Shown piece by piece: positions 36,827-44,135 of a stretch of DNA of 64,000 bases. A program made the translations under genes and the position numbers. This stretch comes from an uncultured virus (IMG/VR IMGVR_UViG_3300048587_001176) (Duplodnaviria; Heunggongvirae; Uroviricota; Caudoviricetes). The notes below the pieces were generated by a model. That model worked only from the letters and a program-made list of their open reading frames with translations, was not told the origin of the DNA and did not search any database. The stretch lies in the IMG/VR virus record IMGVR_UViG_3300048587_001176; one strand, given 5' to 3'. Numbering within the stretch: position 1 is the stretch's first letter; every line of letters begins with the position of its first letter.

Positions 36827-37605
36827 GCCGGGAGCGCGAGGCTACGCTCGCGCGGCAGCGGGATCGAGGGCTTGTCGGCTACCCACCGCAGGATGTCGTG
36901 CCTGGCCTGAGAGATGGCCTCGGGCAGGCAATACTCCTCGTAGTCGCCGACGAAGCCCCAGCAGGCGTCGAGCTCCTCGCGCTCGTCGTCATCCTCGTCG
37001 CCGTCCTCGTCGAGGGCGGCTGGGCCAAGAATTTTGAAGCCGTAGACGTTGCCGGTGGCCCAGTCCGAGTATTCCTCGACCTCGCCCTGCATCAGCTTTC
37101 GGGCGCGCTCGATGGTTTCGGGGGTGACGGCGCCGTATTCGCTGATGATCTGGGCGTTGGTCACCCAGATGAAGCCGTAGTCGCCCGAATTGCGCGCGGC
37201 CAGCTCGGCGTCGCACACACTGACGTCGCCGTGATAGCCGATGTCGAGGCCGAGGATCAGGCCATGCTCGGCCATGTTGCGGAGGAGCTTGCCAGGGTCT
37301 TCCTCGACGCGCCCCTCGATGTCGCCCTCTTGGAGCGCCCACAGGTCATCGGGCGTCTCGTCGGGCTCGCGGTAGAGGGCTCGAACGAGGAAGTCGTCGA
37401 GGCCAAACTCATCCATTGCGCGGCTGATGAGATACTGGGCGCGGCTGCACCGGGGCTGCTCGTCGCCGATCATGCGGTCACGGGACCAGCCCGCCATGCA
37501 GGCGAAGGTGTCGCAGTCCTCGCGGGGGTTGGCGGGGTCGTCGTCGTGGTGGATCTCGACGCGGAAGCCGTGAGGCAGCTCCTCGATGTGGGTGGGCTGC
37601 ATCAC
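36823..37605 (-). CDS. very acidic hypothetical protein
   Basis: DDDPANPRE...EVEEYSDWATGNVYG...DACWGFVG. Confidence 0.75.
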   Translation of the reverse strand: MMQPTHIEELPHGFRVEIHHDDDPANPREDCDTFACMAGWSRDRMIGDEQPRCSRAQYLISRAMDEFGLDDFLVRALYREPDETPDDLWALQEGDIEGRVEEDPGKLLRNMAEHGLILGLDIGYHGDVSVCDAELAARNSGDYGFIWVTNAQIISEYGAVTPETIERARKLMQGEVEEYSDWATGNVYGFKILGPAALDEDGDEDDDEREELDACWGFVGDYEEYCLPEAISQARHDILRWVADKPSIPLPRERSLALPA

Positions 37606-37799
37606 AGGCGCGCCCCATCGAGGACGATGAGGCAGCCGATCGCGTCAGGGGAGACGAGGCAGCCGTCCTCGGTGGCGAGCTTTCCCTCAATGCGCTGGAC
37701 TGTGACGCCGATCGCGAAGGCGGCGGCGATGGCGACGAGAACGGAGCAAACGATGGCCGCGCGGCGGCGGGCCAGCTGCTGCTGGGTCGGGTAGAACAT
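37602..37799 (-). CDS. small membrane protein
   Basis: RRRAAIVCSVLVAIAAAFAIGV; start MFYPT after GGAGA. Confidence 0.6.
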   Translation of the reverse strand: MFYPTQQQLARRRAAIVCSVLVAIAAAFAIGVTVQRIEGKLATEDGCLVSPDAIGCLIVLDGARL

Positions 37800-37882
37800 G
37801 ATGATCTCCGGGAGTGCCAGGTGGCGGGTTCGGACTGAGCGTCCTGTGCGACGCGCCGCGAAGGGCGCGTCAGGCGGGGTGC

Positions 37883-38323
37883 TCAGGCAGTGGTCAGGTG
37901 GAGGCGGCGGTCGTCGCCGACATAGATGTCGATCGAGGAGTACCGTTTGGCGATCTTCGACAGCATGTCGCCCACTGGATCGACCCAGTCGCCGTCCCAG
38001 AAGCCCGCGCCGGCGCCATTGCGGGTCAGCCAGAAGTCGTGACCAGCAAGGCTGATGGCGTCGCTGTCGCCGCGGTAGTTGCGGCGGTCGAGGAAGCCAT
38101 CGCGCAGGGCGGGGCGGCAGCGCTCCTGAAAGTCGGCGCAGTCCCGCACGGCCTTGGCGAGCGAGTTGAAGGCGATGTCCTCGATCTCGTAGTTCTTGTC
38201 GAGTGGGTCGTCGTTGTCGTCGGACGTGCTCCACAGGGCGGTGACGAGATACTGGCGGGTGAAGTCGTCGAGGGTCGCCACCAATTCGAGTGTCTGAGGG
38301 TCGCGGCGGGCCTTGATCGCCAT
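37883..38323 (-). CDS. conserved-looking hypothetical phage protein
   Basis: YLVTALWS...AGHDFWLTRNGAGAGFWDGDW. Confidence 0.75.
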   Translation of the reverse strand: MAIKARRDPQTLELVATLDDFTRQYLVTALWSTSDDNDDPLDKNYEIEDIAFNSLAKAVRDCADFQERCRPALRDGFLDRRNYRGDSDAISLAGHDFWLTRNGAGAGFWDGDWVDPVGDMLSKIAKRYSSIDIYVGDDRRLHLTTA

Positions 38324-38565
38324 TAGCTGGCCCCGCAGGCGAGGCCGTCGGAGGTAGCGCCGGCGACGAGGTCGTCGACGAATCGGGGTTCGACCACGAG
38401 GGAGTGCCCGTACCAGAGGGAGGCGGGGTCGACGTGCTCCTCGATCCACTGCGTCCCCTCGTCAGTGAGCGGGGTGCACAGCACGATATTGCCGAGGAAG
38501 TTGAACTCGAGGTCGCGCGGGGGAGTGGCGATGGCGAAGGGGTCGAGGGCGTCGAGGACGGTCAT
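38323..38565 (-). CDS. hypothetical phage protein
   Basis: LCTPLTDEGTQWIEEHV...VVEPRF. Confidence 0.7.
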   Translation of the reverse strand: MTVLDALDPFAIATPPRDLEFNFLGNIVLCTPLTDEGTQWIEEHVDPASLWYGHSLVVEPRFVDDLVAGATSDGLACGAS

Positions 38566-38843
38566 CAGGGGTCTCCGGGGTTGCCAATGTTGGCGGGTGG
38601 CAGGTTTTGGACGGCGTACTCCAACGCCCAGGCCAGGGCGCCGGTTTTGGTGCGCAGGCTGATTATCGGGCGGGAGCCGGCGACCCCGTAGATGTGCCAT
38701 TTGCGGGTGCCGGGCTGGCGATCGACAATGGCTAGGCAGTGGTTGTCGGGGTCGTAGTAGGCGATCTCCACGAAGCCGGTGGAGTAGTGGTCTTCGCGGA
38801 TGCGGATGCCGCGCTCAGTCACTTCGCGGGAGCGGGTCAGCAT
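38565..38843 (-). CDS. hypothetical protein
   Basis: 92-aa coupled ORF. Confidence 0.6.
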   Translation of the reverse strand: MLTRSREVTERGIRIREDHYSTGFVEIAYYDPDNHCLAIVDRQPGTRKWHIYGVAGSRPIISLRTKTGALAWALEYAVQNLPPANIGNPGDP

Positions 38844-39223
38844 CAGTGCCTCCGGGCCTGCGCGGCTTCGGCGCTGGCGGCGCGGCCGGCGAAGTGGGAG
38901 CGCACCTTGTCGGGGGTGACCTTGCGGATGGTGCCGCGGCGGTCAGCGTGGCAGGTGGTCCAGTACCACTGTGGGGGGTGCATGCTCGACACGTAGGCTT
39001 CGAACACTTCGAGGGACAGGCGCAGGGCCTCGAGGGGCTTCTCGGCGTCATGGCGGATGATGACTGCGCAGGTGCCGTGCTCGCGCGGAGCCCAGATTAG
39101 GACGTCCCGGTGCCGCAGGGCCTGGCAGATGCGCAGGTCATGCTCGGTGAGATCGGCGTGGTAGTATTTCACCACGGGGGCGGCGAGGCGCTTCAGCTGC
39201 TGGTAGACGGTCGGGTCGGTCAT
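38843..39223 (-). CDS. hypothetical protein
   Basis: YHADLTEHD...IWAPREHGT. Confidence 0.65.
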   Translation of the reverse strand: MTDPTVYQQLKRLAAPVVKYYHADLTEHDLRICQALRHRDVLIWAPREHGTCAVIIRHDAEKPLEALRLSLEVFEAYVSSMHPPQWYWTTCHADRRGTIRKVTPDKVRSHFAGRAASAEAAQARRH

Positions 39224-39423
39224 GCTGCCACCGCGTACCAGCCTGCAGGGCGATGGGTGGCGTCGAGGACTTCGATGTCGTCGGCGCCGAGCATCCAGCC
39301 GTGGATGCGCAGGGTCTCGCCGTCCTCGGTCAGGACGTCGAAGTCGCCTTCGAGGTCAGGGTCGCGGTCGAGGGTGTCGGCGATGAAGGCGGAATGGATA
39401 GGGGTTTCGATGCGCAGGCGCAT
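39220..39423 (-). CDS. small acidic protein
   Basis: 67 aa, GGAGA RBS. Confidence 0.65.
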   Translation of the reverse strand: MRLRIETPIHSAFIADTLDRDPDLEGDFDVLTEDGETLRIHGWMLGADDIEVLDATHRPAGWYAVAA

Positions 39424-39509
39424 GGGAGGTCTCCGAGGGTGGCCATGATTGGCGGTTGGGGGCGAAGCGCCCAGTGCAGCGCCCCGGCGAGGGGGCGCTA
39501 GGCTGGGGG

Positions 39510-39746
39510 TTACGCGGGGTCGATTGCGAGCACGATGGGGCTGCGCAGGGTGCCGGGCACGTAGGCGAAGACGTCGTAACCGTCGTTGGCGGCGTCGTCC
39601 TCGCCCACGCTCTCATAGGCGGCGCCACCGAAGGCCTTTTCGAGCGTCGGGCCGATTGCGGCCTTGGCTTCGTCCATCGAGGGGAAGGTGCCAAGCACTC
39701 GGCCAAGCATCAGGCCGTCGGTGTAGTCGGTCAGGCGGTAGGGCAT
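39510..39746 (-). CDS. hypothetical protein
   Basis: Start MPYRLT after GGAGG. Confidence 0.65.
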   Translation of the reverse strand: MPYRLTDYTDGLMLGRVLGTFPSMDEAKAAIGPTLEKAFGGAAYESVGEDDAANDGYDVFAYVPGTLRSPIVLAIDPA

Positions 39747-39754
39747 TGCGCCTC

Positions 39755-39973
39755 CTACGGGGTGAAGTTGGGGTTGACGTGGTAGCCGGGGATCTCGAGC
39801 GCGAGGATCAACGCGGCCTCGATGCCGCGGTTCACGTAGCGGGTACGGTCGGCCTTGATCTTGCGGGCCTCGGCCGGGGGAGTGTCGGGGCCCAGTTCGC
39901 CGACGGTTGCGCCGGCGAGTTGGGCATAGGTGACGGGGTGCAAGTAGCCCCGGGTGCGGTAGAGCTTGGACAT
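39755..39973 (-). CDS. hypothetical protein
   Basis: 72-aa ORF. Confidence 0.6.
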   Translation of the reverse strand: MSKLYRTRGYLHPVTYAQLAGATVGELGPDTPPAEARKIKADRTRYVNRGIEAALILALEIPGYHVNPNFTP

Positions 39974-39979
39974 GGGGTG

Positions 39980-40126
39980 TCACGCGGCGATCAGGATGCG
40001 GCGGCCGACCATCTTGCGGGCCTGTTCGGCCTTCCGGGCGAGGAAGGCGCGGGCCTCGGCGGCTTGACGTTCGCGGGCGGTTTCGTGCTGCTCGGCCTTG
40101 GGCGTGCGGAAGTAGGGGTGCGGCAT
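39980..40126 (-). CDS. small basic protein
   Basis: MPHPYFRTPK, GGAGA RBS. Confidence 0.55.
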   Translation of the reverse strand: MPHPYFRTPKAEQHETARERQAAEARAFLARKAEQARKMVGRRILIAA

Positions 40127-40264
40127 TTGGGGGGGGTCTCCGTAGGTGCCATGATTGGCGGGTTTCGGCCTTGCAGCCGTCAAACCGGGCCAGATTGCCC
40201 GGTCAGAGGGGTGCAAGTGCACCCCCTCGCAGGGGAGGGGGTGCCGGGGTTGCAGGGGAGGGGA

Positions 40265-40816
40265 TTAGGCGGCGACCTTCTCGGCCTTGGCCTTGGCCTT
40301 GTTCTTCGCGGTGCCTTCCTTCGACGTGGCGACCGTCACCACGTTGCCACCGTTCAGGACGGCCTCGGCCTCAGCGACCAGCTGATAGGCCTTGACGTGC
40401 TGGAGGTGAGCGCCCGCCTTTTCGGCCGCCTTGAGCAGGGCCGCCAGCTTGGCGGCGAAGTCAAATTCACCCTTGGCACCGGCCGACTCGGGCTTGAAGT
40501 CTAGGACCGGGCAGGCGGCCGCGCCCTCAAGGTCGCCCTTCGCGGCCTTGTTATAGGCGAACTTCACCACGCCGGTTTCTTCGTCCGTGGCGACCTTGAC
40601 CTTGCCGAAGGCCTTCGCCCATGCGGCGATTGCCGCCTTCGTCACCTTGCCGCCCATGTTGTCATAGAGCCGCTGAAGGGGGCGCACGTCACCCGATGCG
40701 TCGACATGGGCGAGGCAGGAATAGGCCACCGTGTGAAGCTGGCCGCTGAACTTGGCGCCAGCCTTGACCACGGAATTGATAGCCGCATTGAGCTTGTTCG
40801 AAGCGATAACCTGCAT
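40265..40816 (-). CDS. basic Ala/Lys-rich protein, first gene of the accessory operon
   Basis: LNAAINSVVKAGAKF..LHTVAYSCLAH...GD...AWAKAFG. Confidence 0.75.
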   Translation of the reverse strand: MQVIASNKLNAAINSVVKAGAKFSGQLHTVAYSCLAHVDASGDVRPLQRLYDNMGGKVTKAAIAAWAKAFGKVKVATDEETGVVKFAYNKAAKGDLEGAAACPVLDFKPESAGAKGEFDFAAKLAALLKAAEKAGAHLQHVKAYQLVAEAEAVLNGGNVVTVATSKEGTAKNKAKAKAEKVAA

Positions 40817-41437
40817 TTGTCAGTTTCCTTTGTTGCCATAATTGGCGGGTTTGGGCGGATTGCCCGTTGCGCCGCACCGTCAAGGGTGCGGCGTAAGAGG
40901 CAATGCGCGGGGGGCTCGCAAACCCCCCGCCTTTCGATTTTTCAATCGTGCCATATTTGGCGGAATTGAAATTCACACTATCGCGCAAGCCCGGGTTCAA
41001 CCTTCCCGTTCGGATTTTTGCGTTCAGCCGTTGTGCCGCCGCGCGCCTCCCCCTCTCACAAGGTGACGTGCCACGGTGCCAGAACCTAGCAAGCCGTTCG
41101 GCGATGCTAGTTGCGCTTTTTCCATAGGTTCACTTTTGCCCCTCAACCTTCCGAACCGGCTTTGTCATGCCGCTTCGATTGGTCCGCCTGTTACGGTCTA
41201 GTGTGATGCAAGGCCCTCGCCTCCCCTCCTAACCGTTGTCGGTTAGGCCATCGCACTAATCAGCCTAGGGGTTTGCCCCGCCGATGGTGCCGGATTGTTT
41301 AATCAGCGTTCCGTCTACGCCGCTTCCCTAAAGGTCGCCCGGTTCACAATGTCTAGTCCAACTCACCCCGCGTAATGCGACGTGCATTCCTAAGTTTGGT
41401 TCCGGGCGTTTCGTTCCTTCCGTTTGCGTTTCGATGC
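40817..41437 (-). ncRNA. putative ~620-nt structured leader / ncRNA
   Basis: No credible ORF; purine-rich on the minus strand; many stems (40859-40904, 40907-40930, 41086-41110, 41199-41258, 41337-41407). Confidence 0.5.
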
Positions 41438-41470
41438 TTGTTTCTATGCCGGAATGAATGCGCGATGCAA
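41375..41470 (-). promoter_or_regulatory. leftward promoter of the accessory operon with CI-type operators
   Basis: Minus strand TTGCAT-16nt-CATAGA; ATGC-gacgt-GCAT (41375-41387) and ATGC-gcgat-GCAA (41458-41470). Confidence 0.55.
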
Positions 41471-41791
41471 CCCCCTAGTTGCACTCAAAGCGCATTTTTT
41501 TGTAGGTTTCTGAAAAAGCCTAAGCCGATCAAGGCGTTATGCGTAGAAAATAGTTTGAGAAAAAGGCTTTACGCGCATCGCATAGCCGAGTCACACAACG
41601 GGGGAAGGGTGCATTACGAATCGCAACGGCGAATCGCTCAATCCCCCCGCAACCCCCCTTGCCAGCTGAAGAAAAACCCCCCTCAAAGCGGGCGGTTTTG
41701 CCGTGGTCAAAATCGGCGGAAACCCCTGCAAATCCTAGCATCTTGCCCGACGGCTTAGCCTAGCTGGAACGGGGAGGGGGAAACGTAGGGG

Positions 41792-41848
41792 AAGGAACGC
41801 TATCAGCGCACCAAGGAACGCACTCCCCTAGCTCACCAAGGAACGCAC
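41792..41848 (+). repeat. direct repeats AAGGAACGC x3 (CACCAAGGAACGCAC x2)
   Basis: Copies at 41792, 41809-41823 and 41834-41848. Confidence 0.75.
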
Positions 41849-41977
41849 CCCGCGCAACCGACTCGGCTTGACGGTGCACCCCCGCCGATCACTCCCCCCG
41901 CGACGCAATGGCCACGGCTTGGCGACATGCGCCACGGGGGAGGGGAAACCATCGGGGGGAGGTAGGGCAGGGGGAGG

Positions 41978-42090
41978 GGGTGCCGGGTGCCGTACGGGTG
42001 CCGGGTGCCGTGTAGGGGTGCCGGGTGCCGGGCGGGTGCCGGGTGCCGTACCTCCCCTAGTGCCAAGCCTTGCCGGGTGCGGGGTGCGCC
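41978..42090 (+). repeat. tandem GGGTGCC repeats (four GGGTGCCGGGTGCCG units plus degenerate copies)
   Basis: Direct reading; G-run-rich. Confidence 0.85.
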
Positions 42091-42240
42091 TAGCACCCTC
42101 GCGCCATGCCTTGAGAGGAAACCGCGCGCGAAACAACCGCCCGCGCTACGTGTGGCAAGCGCCGTGCCAAGTGTCGCGCGTCACATGTTAAACGCCGCGA
42201 CCCCCGCGCACCCCCGCCAGCGCTACCCCCTCCCCCCTTT

Positions 42241-42286
42241 GGGTCCTTCCGGGGCACACCCCCACCGCGGGTGCGGCGCAGCGCAT
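42241..42286 (+). other. candidate cos site (cosQ + cosN), predicted 12-nt cohesive end GGTGCGGCGCAG at 42270-42281
   Basis: GGGTCCT identical to lambda cosQ, 22 nt before GCG^GGTGCGGCGCAG^CGC; upstream of a gpA-type terminase. Confidence 0.65.
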
Positions 42287-42362
42287 TAAGTGAGCGGTTT
42301 TTGACCTCAAAAATTGAGGGTTCGCGTTCGTTTTTGCTGGAAATCACGCAGGAGACGGGCCG

Positions 42363-43055
42363 ATGCGCATCGAAGTGACCAAAAACCTCGTGCAATTCGT
42401 GCGTTTCCGGGATCTTCCGAGGGTCGTTTCGAGCCCAAAGTTCAAGCAGGAGCTCGGTCGAGGGGTCACCGACGCGGGTCGAAAAACGCGAACTCAGGTA
42501 CAGAAGGCCGTCGCCCTGCAGATGGCGGTGACTGCCGGCGGATACCGAGGCTACGTCGTCCCCAACATGAGGGGCATTTCGAGGCCTGCAGCGCTCGCTT
42601 TTGACATCAAAGGCTCCGCCAAGGGCTCTCCGATCGAGACCTATAAGGGGCTTCGGGCTCTCTCCCCCAGGGGGAGGGTAGCCAAGGCCATGAACAAGGG
42701 CCGCTCCGGCATCGATCGCGGCTTCATCAAGTCCGGTGTCTGGAACGCGCCCCGCACATTCAAGCGCTCCTTCGCTCAGGGCGGCATGTTCCTGGCGCTG
42801 ATCCCCGGAGGCAACGGTTCAGGGCGCCTGCCGAAGGCGCTCTGGACATACGGGCACAAGCCCAGCCAGCCGCGCGGACCTGACGGCCGGTTCGGCGCGT
42901 CTGGAGCTGCCGGCTTCAAGATCCGAAAGCTCTACGGCCCGGCACTGGGCAAGGAGCTGGACAAGGATCAGTCCCTCAAGACCTTCCTGACGTTCGGCCC
43001 AGCCGAGCTCGAGGTCCAAGTCGCCAAGCGCGTCGCGAAACTGATCCGTTACTGA
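42363..43055 (+). CDS. basic minor tail protein (lambda gpZ-like)
   Basis: Very basic; IRKLYGPALGKE C-terminal motif. Confidence 0.55.
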   Translation: MRIEVTKNLVQFVRFRDLPRVVSSPKFKQELGRGVTDAGRKTRTQVQKAVALQMAVTAGGYRGYVVPNMRGISRPAALAFDIKGSAKGSPIETYKGLRALSPRGRVAKAMNKGRSGIDRGFIKSGVWNAPRTFKRSFAQGGMFLALIPGGNGSGRLPKALWTYGHKPSQPRGPDGRFGASGAAGFKIRKLYGPALGKELDKDQSLKTFLTFGPAELEVQVAKRVAKLIRY

Positions 43056-43206
43056 TCCCCCGGGCGGCAGCAGGTCCACAACCTGATGCTCGTAAGGCCG
43101 TTCGCTCGCCGCCTGGGCGACCCTCTCTGGAGGCGACCGCCGACACCCGCCATGAGACAGCGGGCATGGAAGCGGTCGCCTCTGGACCCACCCAAGCGAG
43201 GAACGA

Positions 43207-43473
43207 ATGACCGAACACAACGGCCTGCCGGTCTCCGGCTACGCCAAGACCCAGAGCGAGGCGCGCGTCCAGCTCGTCAACGCCAACAAGCTGATCGAAG
43301 AGCAGGTGCTTCGGATCCTCGACACCCTGAAGGACGACCCGGAGATCGACCAGCGCTGGCTGGCGACAGGCCGGACCGACATCGAGAAGGGCTTCATGGC
43401 CGTCAATCGCGCCATCTTCCGGAACGGCCGCGTGAAGCTGCCCGGCGATCCAGATGCAGCGCCGGCCCAATAG
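43207..43473 (+). CDS. acb2: Acb2-like cyclic-oligonucleotide sponge (anti-CBASS)
   Basis: GY..Q.....VN.NK...DQRWLATGRTDIEKGFMAVNRAI fits the Acb2 signature RWLAIGKTD.Q.G.MA..RAI. Confidence 0.75.
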   Translation: MTEHNGLPVSGYAKTQSEARVQLVNANKLIEEQVLRILDTLKDDPEIDQRWLATGRTDIEKGFMAVNRAIFRNGRVKLPGDPDAAPAQ

Positions 43474-43639
43474 GCCGGCTGGCACCTGGCAGCAGTCCGC
43501 CATCACCTTTGCGGTCATCGTCGGCATTGCCACCGCCGTGATCTCGATCGTGCTCGGCGCCGCGCTGCTGCAGCGGACGTGCACCGTCTACGACCTGACG
43601 GGGAGGGAAGCCCAATGCCGAGCGGTTCCATTGCCGTAG
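43454..43639 (+). CDS. small membrane protein
   Basis: Long hydrophobic stretch AITFAVIVGIATAVISIVLGAALL. Confidence 0.5.
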   Translation: MQRRPNRPAGTWQQSAITFAVIVGIATAVISIVLGAALLQRTCTVYDLTGREAQCRAVPLP

Positions 43640-43790
43640 ACCGGCCCGTGCTTCCCTTCGTCCTGCGCTGGGGCGCGTGGCTCAGCGAGCCGAGGCCCTC
43701 CCAGACGCTCGTGCTGATCGTCAAGCGCAGGGCTCCAACGCTCAGCGTGCCGGACGTCGGCTACTCCCATCGAGGAAGGCAGACCTTCAG

Positions 43791-44135
43791 ATGAAGCTGC
43801 GAGTTCACGGCGCGCTCGCGTCGTTCATGTGCCCCGGCTGCCACGAAGAGCACCTGGTCAAGATCGACGGCAATGTGGGTAGCTGGGCTTGGAACGGCTC
43901 GATCCACGCGCCGACAATTCACCCCAGCGTCAAGGTCGCCGCCGGCCATCACGCTTCCGGGCGGGATCCCGGCGAGGACTGCTGGTGCGGCTACGACTGG
44001 GAAGGGCAGCCACCCGACTTCGAGTGCAAGTGCTGCCACTCCTTCATCGAGGTGGGCAACATCCGCTTCCTCGACGACTGCACCCACGCACTGGCCGGTC
44101 AGACTGTGCCGCTCCCCGACATCGGTGCGGCATGA
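43791..44135 (+). CDS. DUF6527-like Cys/His metal-binding protein
   Basis: FMCPGC.EEH...W.WNG...PTIHPSV...CHSFIE.G.IRFLDDCTHALAGQTVPLPD. Confidence 0.75.
   Translation: MKLRVHGALASFMCPGCHEEHLVKIDGNVGSWAWNGSIHAPTIHPSVKVAAGHHASGRDPGEDCWCGYDWEGQPPDFECKCCHSFIEVGNIRFLDDCTHALAGQTVPLPDIGAA

Larger units (their letters stand above)
19045..40961 (-). repeat. dispersed family of 13 mini-hairpins, 12 directly upstream of RBSs
   Basis: Copies at 19045, 24397, 26781, 28665, 33620, 34683, 36085, 37816, 38583, 39442, 40148, 40835 and 40950; minus-strand consensus (A/C)CC-GCCA-ATCA-TGGC-AC...GGAGA. Confidence 0.8.

Noticed and set aside
39442..40846. Mini-hairpins as MS2 coat-protein operators (AUUA/AUCA loops)
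   Set aside because: The loops match ANYA, but the stems are shorter and lack the bulged A, and no coat-like protein is recognisable; kept only as an analogy
40817..41437. tmRNA, RNase P RNA, tRNA or group I/II intron identity for the leader
   Set aside because: No tRNA-like ends, T-loop/CCA or conserved catalytic motifs recognised by eye; an Rfam search is still needed
41978..42090. CRISPR array
   Set aside because: Repeats are 7-15 bp with only 3-5 bp between units, no unique ~30-bp spacers and no cas genes
40642..42395. Short ORFs called across the leader and cos region
   Set aside because: Low-complexity translations of repeats and hairpins that overlap promoter/operator and cos signals
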